From: Balanoglossus misakiensis
Lineage: Eukaryota; Animalia; Hemichordata
Direction: 5' to 3'
Length of the DNA stretch: 64,000 nucleotides
NCBI GenBank assembly: GCA_040954595.2
Contig: CM082580.2
Span: 9,588,390 to 9,652,389 of the forward strand
Part shown: piece after piece, positions 1 to 12,677 of the stretch
Position numbering within the stretch: the stretch's first letter is position 1
Layout: each line of letters opens with the position of its first letter
The notes under the pieces: generated by a model
Databases searched by the model: none
What the model was told of the DNA's origin: nothing
Seen by the model: the letters and a program-made list of their open reading frames with translations, nothing else
Translations under genes and position numbers: made by a program

Positions 1-3000
1 TTTTGAAAAAAACATGGGTTATAGCTCAGGAAAATCGTCAGAAATCGACGATTTTTCGACTTTGCGAATTTTGAAAATTTGGTCATTTTTTGAAAAAAAC
101 ATGGGTTATAGCTCAGGAAAATCGTCAGAAATCGACGATTTTTCGACTTTGCGAATTTTGAAAATTTGGTCATTTTTTGAAAAAACCATGGGTTTATAGC
201 TCAGGAAAATCGTCAGAAATCGACGAATTTTCGACTTTGCGAATTTTGAAAATTTGGTCATTTTTTGAAAAAACCATGGGTTATAGCTCAGGAAAATCGT
301 CAGAAATCGACGATTTTTCGACTTTGCGAATTTTGAAAATTTGGTCATTTTTTGAAAAAACCATGGGTTATAGCTCAGGAAAATCGCCAGAAATCGACGA
401 TTTTTCGACTTTGCGAATTTTGATAATTTGGTCATTTTTTGAAAAAACCATGGGTTATAGCTCAGGAAAATCGCCAGAAATCGACGATTTTTCGACTTTG
501 CGAATTTTGAAAATTTGGTCATTTTTTGAAAAAACCATGGGTTATAGCTCAGGAAAATCGCCAGAAATCGACGATTTTTCGAATTTGCGAATTTTGAAAA
601 TTTGGTCATTTTTTGAAAAAACCATGGGTTATAGCTCAGGAAAATCGTCAGAAATCGACGATTTTTCGACTTTGCGAATTTTGAAAATTTGGTCATTTTT
701 TGAAAAAACCATGGGTTATAGCTCAGGAAAATCGCCAGAAATCGACGATTTTTCGACTTTGCGAATTTTGAAAATTTGGTCATTTTTTGAAAAAACCATG
801 GGTTATAGCTCAGGAAAATCGCCAGAAATCGACGATTTTTCGACTTTGCGAATTTTGAAAATTTGGTCATTTTTTGAAAAAACCATGGGTTATAGCTCAG
901 GAAAATCGTCAGAAATCGACGATTTTTCGACTTTGCGAATTTTGAAAATTTGGTCATTTTTTGAAAAAACCATGGGTTATAGCTCAGGAAAATCGTCAGA
1001 AATCGACGATTTTTCGACTTTGCGAATTTTGAAAATTTGGTCATTTTTTGAAAAAACCATGGGTTATAGCTCAGGAAAATCGTCAGAAATCGACGATTTT
1101 TCGACTTTGCGAATTTTGAAAATTTTGTCATTTTTTGAAAAAAACATGGGTTATAGCTCAGGAAAATCGCCAGAAATCGACGATTTTTCTACTTTGCGAA
1201 TTTTGAAAATTTGGTCATTTTTTGAAAAAACCATGGGTTATAGCTCAGGAAAATCGTCAGAAATCGACGATTTTTCGACTTTGCGAATTTTGAAAATTTG
1301 GTCATTTTTTGAAAAAACCATGGGTTATAGCTCAGGAAAATCGTCAGAAATCGACGATTTTTCGACTTTGCGAATTTTGAAAATGTCGTCATTTTTTGAA
1401 AAAACCATGGGTTATAGCTCAGGAAAATCGCCAGAAATCGACGATTTTTCGACTTTGCGAATTTTGAAAATTTGGTCATTTTTTGAAAAAACCATGGGTT
1501 ATAGCTCAGGAAAATCGCCAGAAATCGACGATTTTTCGACTTTGCGAATTTTGAAAATTTGGTCATTTTTTGAAAAAACCATGGGTTATAGCTCAGGAAA
1601 ATCGCCAGAAATCGACGATTTTTCGACTTTGCGAATTTCGAAAATTTGGTCATTTTTTGAAAAAACCATGGGTTATAGCTCAGGAAAATCGCCAGAAATC
1701 GACGATTTTTCGACTTTGCGAATTTTGAAAATTTGGTCATTTTTTGAAAAAACCATGGGTTATAGCTCAGGAAAATCGTCAGAAATCGACGATTTTTCGA
1801 CTTTGCGAATTTTGAAAATTTGGTCATTTTTTGAAAAAACCATGGGTTATAGCTCAGGAAAATCGTCAGAAATCGACGATTTTTCGACTTTGCGAATTTT
1901 GAAAATTTGGTCATTTTTTGAAAAAACCATGGGTTATAGCTCAGGAAAATCGCCAGAAATCGACGATTTTTCGACTTTGCGAATTTTGAAAATTTGGTCA
2001 TTTTTTGAAAAAACCATGGGTTATAGCTCAGGAAAATCGCCAGAAATCGACGATTTTTCGACTTTGCGAATTTTGAAAATTTGGTCATTTTTTGAAAAAA
2101 CCATGGGTTATAGCTCAGGAAAATCGCCAGAAATCGACGATTTTTCGACTTTGCGAATTTTGAAAATTTGGTCATTTTTTGAAAAAACCATGGGTTATAG
2201 CTCAGGAAAATCGCCAGAAATCGACGATTTTTCGACTTTGCGAATTTTGAAAATTTGGTCATTTTTTGAAAAAACCATGGGTTATAGCTCAGGAAAATCG
2301 CCAGAAATCGACGATTTTTCGACTTTGCGAATTTTGAAAATTTGGTCATTTTTTGAAAAAACCATGGGTTATAGCTCAGGAAAATCGCCAGAAATCGACG
2401 ATTTTTCGACTTTGCGAATTTTGAAAATTTGGTCATTTTTTGAAAAAACCATGGGTTATAGCTCAGGAAAATCGCCAGAAATCGACGATTTTTCGACTTT
2501 GCGAATTTTGAAAATTTGGTCATTTTTTGAAAAAACCATGGGTTATAGCTCAGGAAAATCGTCAGAAATCGACGATTTTTCGACTTTGCGAATTTTGAAA
2601 ATTTGGTCATTTTTTGAAAAAACCATGGGTTATAGCTCAGGAAAATCGCCAGAAATCGACGATTTTTCGACTTTGCGAATTTTGAAAATTTGGTCATTTT
2701 TTGATAAAACCATGGGTTATAGCTCAGGAAAATCGCCAGAAATCGACGATTTTTCGACTTTGCGAATTTTGAAAATTTGGTCATTTTATGAAAAAACCAT
2801 GGGTTATAGCTCAGGAAAATCGTCAGAAATCGACGATTTTTCGACTTTGCGAATTTTGAAAATTTGGTCATTTTTTGAAAAAACCATGGGTTATAGCTCA
2901 GGAAAATCGTCAGAAATCGACGATTTTTCGACTTTGCGAATTTTGAAAATTTGGTCATTTTTTGATAAAACCATGGGTTATAGCTCAGGAAAATCGCCAG

Positions 3001-5380
3001 AAATCGACGATTTTTCGACTTTGCGAATTTTGAAAATTTGGTCATTTTATGAAAAAACCATGGGTTATAGCTCAGGAAAATCGTCAGAAATCGACGATTT
3101 TTCGACTTTGCGAATTTTGAATATTTGGTCATTTTTTGAAAAAACCATGGGTTATAGCTCAGGAAAATCGTCAGAAATCGACGATTTTTCGACTTTGCGA
3201 ATTTTGAAAATTTGGTCATTTTTTGAAAAAACCATGGGTTATAGCTCAGGAAAATCGTCAGAAATCGACGATTTTTCGACTTTGCGAATTTTGAAAATTT
3301 GGTCATTTTTTGAAAAAACCATGGGTTATAGCTCAGGAAAATCGTCAGAAATCGACGATTTTTCGACTTTGCGAATTTTGAAAATTTGGTCATTTTTTGA
3401 AAAAACCATGGGTTATAGCTCAGGAAAATCGTCAGAAATCGACGATTTTTCGACTTTGCGAATTTTGAAAATTTGGTCATTTTTTGAAAAAACCATGGGT
3501 TATAGCTCAGGAAAATCGTCAGAAATCGACGATTTTTCGACTTTGCGAATTTTGAAAATTTGGTCATTTTTTGAAAAAACCATGGGTTATAGCTCAGGAA
3601 AATCGTCAGAAATCGACGATTTTTCGACTTTGCGAATTTTGAAAATTTGGTCATTTTTTGAAAAAAAACCATGGGTTATAGCTCAGGAAAATCGTCAGAA
3701 ATCGACGATTTTTCGACTTTGCGAATTTTGAAAATTTGGTCATTTTTTGAAAAAACCATGGGTTATAGCTCAGGAAAATCGTCAGAAATCGACGATTTTT
3801 CGACTTTGCGAATTTTGAAAATTTGGTCATTTTTTGAAAAAACCATGGGTTATAGCTCAGGAAAATCGTCAGAAATCGACGATTTTTCGACTTTGCGAAT
3901 TTTGAAAATTTGGTCATTTTTTGAAAAAACCATGGGTTATAGCTCAGGAAAATCGCCAGAAATCGACGATTTTTCGACTTTGCGAATTTTGAGAATTTGG
4001 TCATTTTTTGAAAAAACCATGGGTTATAGCTCAGGAAAATCGCCAGAAATCGACGATTTTTCGACTTTGCGAATTTTGAAAATTTGGTCATTTTTTGAAA
4101 AAACCATGGGTTATAGCTCAGGAAAATCGCCAGAAATCGACGATTTTTCGACTTTGCGAATTTTGAAAATTTGGTCATTTTTTGAAAAAACCATGGGTTA
4201 TAGCTCAGGAAAATCGTCAGAAATCGACGATTTTTCGACTTTGCGAATTTTGAAAATTTGGTCATTTTTTGAAAAAACCATGGGTTATAGCTCAGGAAAA
4301 TCGTCAGAAATCGACGATTTTTCGACTTTGCGAATTTTGAAAATGTCGTCATTTTTTGAAAAAACCATGGGTTATAGCTCAGGAAAATCGCCAGAAATCG
4401 ACGATTTTTCGACTTTGCGAATTTTGAAAATTTGGTCATTTTTTGAAAAAAACATGGGTTATAGCTCAGGAAAATCGTCAGAAATCGACGATTTTTCGAC
4501 TTTGCGAATTTTGAAAATTTGGTCATTTTTTGAAAAAAACATGGGTTATAGCTCAGGAAAATCGTCAGAAATCGACGATTTTTCGACTTTGCGAATTTTG
4601 AAAATTTGGTCATTTTTTGAAAAAACCATGGGTTATAGCTCAGGAAAATCGTCAGAAATCGACGAATTTTCGACTTTGCGAATTTTGAAAATTTGGTCAT
4701 TTTTTGAAAAAACCATGGGTTATAGCTCAGGAAAATCGTCAGTAATCGACGATTTTTCGACTTTGCGAATTTTGAAAATTTGGTCATTTTTTGAAAAAAA
4801 CATGGGTTATAGCTCAGGAAAATCGTCAGAAATCGACGATTTTTCGACTTTGCGAATTTTGAAAATTTGGTCAATTTTTGAAAAAACCATGGGTTATAGC
4901 TCAGGAAAATCGTCAGAAATCGACGATTTTTCGACTTTGCGAATTTTGAAAATTTGGTCAATTTTTGAAAAAACCATGGGTTATAGCTCAGGAAAATCGT
5001 CAGAAATCGACAATTTTTCGACTTTGCGAATTTTGAAAATTTGGTCATTTTTTGAAAAAACCATGGGTTATAGCTCAGGAAAATCGTCAGAAATCGACGA
5101 TTTTTCGACTTTGCGAATTTTGAAAATTTGGTCATTTTTTGAAAAAAAAACATGGGTTATAGCTCAGGAAAATCGTCAGAAATCGACGATTTTTCGACTT
5201 TGCGAATTTTGAAAATTTGGTCATTTTTTGAAAAAACCATGGGTTATAGCTCAGGAAAATCGTCAGAAATCGACGATTTTTCGACTTTGCGAATTTTGAA
5301 AATTTGGTCATTTTTTGAAAAAACCATGGGTTATAGCTCAGGAAAATCGTCAGAAATCGACGATTTTTCGACTTTGCGAA
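1..5380. repeat. 87-bp tandem satellite array, about 62 copies, truncated by the window's left edge
   Basis: Unit CATGGGTTATAGCTCAGGAAAATCG(T/C)CAGAAATCGACGATTTTTCGACTTTGCGAATTTTGAAAATTTGGTCATTTTTTGAAAAAAC repeats head-to-tail, seen as a 29-aa period in the ORF track. It ends abruptly after ...ACTTTGCGAA at 5380. Confidence 0.99.
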
Positions 5381-5550
5381 ATCTCAAATTTCTTTATAAT
5401 GACAGATTGTATTGTGCATACATCCATTTTCTGATGCATGTGTATAAGTTTGCATGTATATATTCGCATGAAATTTAAGTTTTATACTTGAAATGAAAGA
5501 CCAACTACATACCCAAATAAGCTTGACAACATAGTGTATTACATCAATGG

Positions 5551-5571
5551 TTTATTTCCATTACATTTATT
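5551..5571 (-). terminator. Two candidate AATAAA polyadenylation signals for the ABCG gene
   Basis: TTTATT on + at 5551-5556 and 5566-5571, about 160-180 nt past the stop codon. Confidence 0.55.
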
Positions 5572-5730
5572 GCTCATATGTCGTTACAATAATAGTTGGT
5601 ATGTTACAAGATTTGTAAAATTTAATATTTGAATGGGATTACAAGTATAGTTGAAGTTTCTTTACAATGATGAAGATTGGTACGTATTACACGCATCAGC
5701 TGGAACGCGTGTGCCATTAGCAAAGAACTC

Positions 5731-8700
5731 TCACTTCTCAAACTTTTGAAGAAGACGATGACGAATGCGTGTTGAGTTTGCCTTGATGTAGAGGACAAGA
5801 TAACATAACACAAAACCGCCAGCGGCCGTAGCCACCAGTATCGCTATATCCATGGGTACATTGTCCTGCGTGAGAAATAAAATGGTGTGGCATGATCAGC
5901 ATCGAGGTAAATTTCTGTCACACCTATAGCACTATTGGAATGCGTCGAACGCAAAATGTGTAGAACATCAGCTTTTGATTGGACGTAGTTTTTGTATACG
6001 AAATTACGCACATGTGCGTATTAGACGATCGTCGTCCTTTAAATCTCAAATGTGGCCTATATAATGTCTGCGCTGTGTGAAAGCAAACTGCCATGTGCTT
6101 GGCGTGATTTTGGTCAAATCACGGTGTTTCTTTATGTTTGTCTATGTTTGCTGGCTTGTACCTATGCGATATTAATTAACATTTTCCTTTGATTAGTATT
6201 GATCGTTGACTGTAACAAAAACTTACCACATTAAAGCCGTAGCCCAGCAGAACTTGTTGTCCGTTGTGAAAACATCTCTGAGTATCTTCAATATCGCAAG
6301 CTGCAATGAAACACGAAAAACCATTGGCTCAGAGGACACAATAAAATTACGCAATAAGACCCCCCGGACAGGTACACCACGTGACATTGAACAGGTTGCG
6401 ACATATACGCAGCACCGTCAGCGTGCTCATAAGCGTAATAACGCAAATTTTCAGGGATTATGTAAGCGTGGTAGATGCCACTTGCACGGTGTGTTGACAG
6501 GGTTAACAAGCGATATATTTAAACTATTATACCGTGAAAAAGCCACAGGGAAAACATACATACCTATGTAATCGACATCTTTCCAAACAATTATGGATAT
6601 GCATTCAAATGCGAAGGGATATATGGACAAGTAGTAAATCCATAGAAGGAACGGTGGTAAAGTCCTGGAAGAAACACATGAATAATCTATCATTGTCGAC
6701 GTCGATGGCTTCACGTGCACATTTTGGTCTGTTTTCTAAAAGATAAACACGTGCGTATACATTGACAAACTTACCCGACTTTCAGAAAAAATCCGCCCAT
6801 GATGTAACTTGCTATTAACCAGGTGTCGAGCAGCCTCAACTCGTAGCCTGTAATGCTGGAGAACGGCGCCCCCAAACACATACCTGTGAAACAGCCGAGA
6901 CGTTTAACAATCATGAAGTTGTTCGTTGGTACCTGTAAATGCAGCTCCAGTGAATATAGTCTCATCATCCGAGGCAGTAACAGAAGTGTCCTATTTTGGT
7001 AAAACGTCTCCACATCTATCGCAGAACTCGCTAAATCTACTCAGTTTACACTGTACACCATGATACTCTAATAGCATTATAGCTCTGATGCCAACACGCT
7101 GCGTCTCACTCAAATGACGTCATCATGCCAAGCCTGTCTTGATCATCAACCATAGTATACACTCTCAGTTACGGTATGTCACTTACCGCTAAACTGCAGA
7201 GCAACGGTCATCAACATAAATACACCCAGAGCAGAAAAATATACCAAAGGAGATCCAAAACCTGAAATAAACAAAGATTATAGTTCCTTTATTGCCTGCA
7301 ATGGAAGGCCATAACTGACACATCACGTATAATATTGATCTCCACTTCATAAGCTGTTTTGTTTTTATCAATTACATTTACATAATTAAACTTCGATTAT
7401 ACACAACTTACCAATAACGACAAATGCAATCGTCCATATCACGAAGCATGATATCAGAGACATCAGCAGCTGATTAGAAGAGAAGAGAGTAAGCCATGTA
7501 GTATTCTTGTGGGTTCCAAAGACTGTGCTTGTTTTAGGCACAAGAAGATGCGAGAATAATCGTGGAATAATACTCACATCGGTTAAAACTTTAGAAATAA
7601 AAAATGCACTTAAACAATATGTGCCATCGTCGTATTCCTTGCCGAAGAGTAGGTTAATTGCTGGAAATTTCTGAAAGACAATATCGTGGTTATTCAGTTG
7701 CTGGTAAACGTGCAAATCTGATACTATATACTGTCGATCCCATACCTTAATTTTACCTCCAACCTATATTTAAATGTTATTATAATTTAGTGGTCGAGAA
7801 GTAAAAATTACAGACCTATATTCCTAACATCACATCACAGTTGGAACATCACAGACAGACAGATATGTAGATAGATAGATAAATAAATTAATAAATAAAT
7901 AAATAGAATCATACCCGAAGTGCGTCATAATATATCAATGCACCCATATATAGAGTTACAAAATACAAAGCTCCCTGCCAATTCTGCACACTGGATTGTT
8001 TGAGGTCTGTTCGCAGGTATAATGTTCCCGTTAATATGCTCACCACCTGGCGAAGTTAAAAGACCAGAAATGCATTCGTTAAATCATTATAGAATAAAAT
8101 GTGCTTCACTGAATGTTGACGTCGGGTTGAATGAACACATTCTCTCTCATTTATAGGGTGTGTCTTGATGGTGCCAGCTAGAAATAATTATCGGATTTTT
8201 CAGCGAAAATAACACCGGATAACTAAACAAGTTGCTAAACACGCAAAGACAAAGAAAGTACTACGATTTCGCAAATACTGACTACTTTCATAGTTGACCC
8301 TACTTACCACATCAGAAACGATTTTGACATAAATTGATCCAGGTTGTCTATAAGTATTGAGTAAATTCCTCTTAGACAGCACTTGCAGCTGATTCCCCCA
8401 AGAAGCGGAGTCCCTTTAGAGTCGGAGAGTAAAACCCGTTAATTCAAGTTAAAAGACTGAAACACGCGAAGTTCTCCTTGCACATTCTTATAACTTCAAC
8501 CTAACCGATAGCTTTGTATTACTATTACAGACAAGCCTTTTGGCTGCTTGTTTCAGTTTTTAATACGAAATCTATGTCAGATAGTAGCTGATATGTGTGA
8601 ATATACAGCAGGAGGTATAAGACAAAAATTTGTCCAAGTATATACAAAATTGAAGAGATCAATACTCACACATTGCCAATTTCGATTTCGTCTGCCTGCA

Positions 8701-11700
8701 TTTGTAGCAATAAAGTAAATGAATACCATATACTTTGTTCTGTGCTATTTTTTCAAGCAATAATTTGCCATGTTTGTCCCATTGTGAGGGTTGGATAACA
8801 CTATGAAAATGGCTGGAATTTTGTAAATTTTGTAAATAAAATAGAACATCAATACCGTAATTTTCGCGAACGATAATTTTCCGCGAACTACGCGAGAGCC
8901 AAAAAAGAGCGAAAATGTAAAGTCGCGTAAAAATGTGTTTCGGTGATAACGATGGAGTGAAATACGAGAACACTGGTGTATACGCAGAAAGACAGACTTA
9001 CCCCACACAGAGTTTTGTCGTCCTTGATATTATTGCACTCTGCCTCAATTGTCAGGAATTCACGGGAGTTCAAATATGCCAGCTGAAAATCCTATAAAAG
9101 AGTACACAGACAGGTATCTGCAAAGGCGATATTTGAATGGCCATCCTTCAAGCAGGAGTAATAGAAATCACGATAATTCAGCGGTAATTCAGACATGCCT
9201 GGTCCGATTTTGTTCAAATTGGTAAGAGAACAATATCCAAAATTGCGTTAACTTAATATGGGTCCGCGGTTCTAACAGATATGGCCCATCTAAAAATGAA
9301 GCTGCAGTTAAAAATGAGCCTCTTACCTGGACTCGTTTTAGGCATTCTTCTTCCATCCCAGGTTTTATCGCCAAGGTGTGGAGGAAAAAGTCGGTTGGGC
9401 AGTACTGGTCCGGACAAACATAGCCCACTGACTTAAAGAAACGGACGGCTGATTCAACCGTACCTGTATACACACATTTCCCCTCACTTAGCAGATATAT
9501 TCTGAAATAGAACGTGTGTGGGTTTTAATCAACCGGGATGGGTAAGTTGAATTGGGTGGTTTGGTGAACGGGGAGAAGTCATTTCCATATATACTCTAAG
9601 GCACGATTTAATTACCTGTCAAATAAAGCAGTTATATTAGATGATGGTTGGTGTATGGTTGTGATAACGGTGTGTCCTCTTTCTGCAAGCCTCTTCAGAG
9701 CTTTGACCACTTCTTCGGCCATTGAACTATCCATACCTGTGGTTGGCTCGTCGCACAATATAATCGGCGGATCACACAACATCTGAAATATGAATGCGTT
9801 TATTGAATAAAATGACCAAAACCAAGTAGTCTGCCAGTTTGGGGTGGTTTTCCCCAGTGAAACGAAAGGTATAGTCGCACAGTAAAGAAATGCTATTTAT
9901 TTGATATTATTAAAATAAATACCTGAGAACATTGGAAGACATGCTTGGGTCATCAAATTTCTGATTGTTGCATCTCATTAGATTTTAACATATGTGGCGC
10001 ATCCTACCTCGTATGCAAAGCTCAATCGTTTCAATTCACTGCCCGATATAGCATTGACATGCCCTGGTAAACCAACAAACGAACCGGCACATTCTGACAA
10101 TCCCATCTGGCATAATGAAAAAAAGGGTTTCACAGTTATACCAACTACTCGTATATTATCACCCGCACAATATACATGTTCGATTATTCTTGTTGGCTGG
10201 AGCGCCAACATCACATTTGTCATGCAATTAACATTTTAAAAAGGACCGTTGAGTGGGAAGTTTAACGCGGGAAATTACATCAGCTTAGAGAACTCAAGAA
10301 AGTAAAATATAAGCTTCTCACATCACATATTATTTGGTCCACCCTTTGAATTTTCTCCTCCTTTGAAGTTTCTCTTTTCAGTCGCAGATTGGCCTGGGAA
10401 AAAATCAGGACATATTAACCCCTTTCAATAAAATAGAAAAAGTACCAGCAAAATTTAATAGGTTTCGTGTCAAACACAAACCATTTACGTTTATTTTTAT
10501 AGCATTTCTAATTATCGCCTATTATAGACATGCACTGGTCTTCTGTTTATACATGTACTACACAAAAAATTGAGGTTAAAGATACTTATTTTCTGACGAA
10601 CGTAAGATGAGCAACCATCGCATTTTGCTACAAATGCAAAGTTAGAGGCAACGCAGGTGGCGTATGACTATGTCTGCCTGCCTGTCCGTCTGTCTGTCTG
10701 CCTGCGAACTATTACACGTTTTTTTATGAAACTTATTACTGATAGCAATCCTGCGTGGTTATAATGCATGCTTATCTACACAGTTAATAGATATTAGTGA
10801 TATATTTCCGAAATTGCAGGTCCATACATGTATTTGGTGAAACTCGCTGGGAACATTAGTGCGGCAGACATCTAAATGCACCTTTGACATACTATATTTT
10901 ACACGTTTGACCTCAGCCCTCTGATTAAAATGTTTCTCGTTTTCAGGAAAAAAGCAGCTTACTTTATATGTTTGTGCCTGGTTAATGTACATACTCACAC
11001 TTGCGCGCATATGCACAAACTTCACAGTGCCCAAGCTTGCTACACGGTACGGCATCCTAAATATCGCAAATTCACCTTACCTTAAACATGAGTTGTTCCC
11101 TTACGGTCAGTGTCTCCAGAAATAGGTCAAACTGTTGAACAAATGCCAGCTGTTTCTTGATAGAGTCATTAATAGGTCTCCCGTTCACCGTAATTAAACC
11201 ATTGACTGTAAGTTGCCCTGAGCTTCTACCAGATATAACGTTCAGTAACGTTGTTTTACCAGCGCCACTGCATTTAAATATGAATTGAATTCCACATTAT
11301 TTCTCACCATTACTTTATTTACAACCTGTCCAGACCCCCAGTTGCGCTCACACCTCTAATCATTTTCTTCGTGTTATAATTGGACGAGATATTCAAAGTA
11401 AAATTTCTGAGACAATCAATTGAATTTAACACGATTCACCAATGAAGGAAATCGTTCTCACCTTGACCCCATAATTGCCAAAAGCTGGCCAGGTTCTGCA
11501 CAACCGGAAACTTCAATGAAAAAAAGAAATTTTACAGAGTTGTTTACAGTACACGCAATTTGATAACCACATGCCAAACAAACCAACTATTGCACTCGAC
11601 TTTGTCAACATATAAGTAAGTACATAGGCAAGTTCAATTCGTTCAAATTCATCTCCAAGAGATAGCAATCAAATCAAATTTGGCACTGTACAGCTGACAT

Positions 11701-11902
11701 ATATGTAAGACTTACCTTCATGTAATAGTCTGTGGTTGGAAGACCCGACCCCTTGCATTTCGAGTACGTTTCCTTTTTCACTCGACCGACATGGCAGAGA
11801 AACTATAATGTCTTTCCATGTGACTTTTCGTTGCCTGTTCTCCGTCGCCGGTGAAATATTCATCTGCTCGGGTTCATTTTCAACCTTGGCCATTAAAATC
11901 AT
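5731..11902 (-). CDS. ABCG-family half transporter (white/scarlet-like), 18 exons, 644 aa
   Basis: Hand-spliced exons, all GT-AG and phase-consistent: 11716-11902, 11462-11510, 11081-11267, 10322-10393, 10008-10106, 9616-9782, 9327-9501, 9002-9091, 8670-8695, 8308-8413, 7915-8046, 7578-7670, 7412-7469, 7187-7261, 6775-6883, 6564-6664, 6227-6300, 5731-5865 (1935 nt including TGA). NBD precedes TMD. Walker A GSSGAGKTT, Q-loop FVQQFDLF..LTVREQL, signature ISGSELKR, Walker B IILCDEPTTGMD, H-loop TIHQPSS, white-type extracellular C..C(F)HNGQQVL loop. The start could instead be the Met at 11893. Confidence 0.93.
7850..7905. repeat. Compound tetranucleotide microsatellite (CAGA/GATA/AATA)
   Basis: cagacagacagatatgtagatagatagataaataaattaataaataaataaatag, in an ABCG intron. 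Confidence 0.8.
8852..8945. mobile_element. Degenerate MITE-like fragment
   Basis: TACCGTAATTTTCGCGAA...TCGCGTAAAAATG shares the TTTTCGCGAA / TCGCG.AAAAT motifs of the element at 58698-58789. Confidence 0.4.
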
Positions 11903-11917
11903 ATTAAATAACTATAA

Positions 11918-12015
11918 GTGTTGTTTTGTGTTGTGTTGTGTTGTGTTGTGTTGTGTTGTGTTGTGTTGTGTTGTGTTGTGTTGTGTTGTGTTGTGTTGTG
12001 TTGTGTTGTGTTGTG
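11918..12015. repeat. (TTGTG)n pentanucleotide microsatellite just upstream of the ABCG start codon
   Basis: About 18-19 near-perfect TTGTG units; gives the spurious CCVVL ORF. Confidence 0.97.
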
Positions 12016-12624
12016 CTCTGCTTACAATGACTGATCATGAATGTCGTCTCACCTCATCTGCTCCGACCAATTTGGTTGACATCGACAGTTGTTCGAACAT
12101 CGCTAAAAGTGTTAACTTTCCTACAAATGACCATTATATAAATGAATGTATAGAGGATTGTCATATGCTAAATATACGCATGTCATGCATATACATATAC
12201 ATAGACAATCTCCTAAATATATGCGTGTCATGCATAAATATAGGCATTCCATTAACCAAAGTGTTGATGACAAAACGGTACAAAGGTTTTTTGCCGTGAG
12301 TAATACTGGCAAACAGTGAAATATGCAAAGTGTCTCATATGCCCGCTTTTGCATTTTCAGGATTGAGATCGTACCTTCAGTTTTCGTCACTTCCGTATTT
12401 AATGGCTTAGAATATTCAAATGAGACACCTGCATCATTTTGCCGGCCACATCTTTTTCGCGGACCAGGAGGGGAAATTCTTTGAACTGTGGCACCGGGTC
12501 CGATTCCGGGGCCTTCCTGCTGACAAAGTTGTGACATCTCTCGATATCTGTTTGCGCACATCGTTGTTTGGGGTAAAATTACGGGACTGTCAAGTACTAC
12601 CGCTGTCCGTACATATATTGTCCC

Positions 12625-12677
12625 TAACCTAGCTAGGGGGTCTGAGTGTGTGCCAGTCAGACCCTCTAGCTAGGTTA
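12625..12677. mobile_element. 53-bp palindromic mini-element (MITE-like hairpin)
   Basis: Arms TAACCTAGCTAGGGGGTCTGA and TCAGACCCTCTAGCTAGGTTA pair at 20 of 21 positions, with an 11-nt loop and TA at both ends. Confidence 0.7.

Noticed and set aside
1-5380. CRISPR-like array
   Set aside because: No unique spacers, no cas genes, eukaryotic context.
14-5478. Very long repetitive ORFs on both strands (up to 1184 aa)
   Set aside because: Consequence of an 87-bp unit lacking stops in one frame per strand. Indels at about 193, 3661 and 5141 shift the frame freely.
10570-10630. Candidate ABCG exon after 11081
   Set aside because: No frame gives ABCG-like sequence; 10322-10393 (ANLRL...RVDQII) fits the family and phase.
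11736-12299. 187-aa Cys/Val-rich ORF on +
   Set aside because: Translation of the (TTGTG)n microsatellite, antisense to ABCG exon 1.
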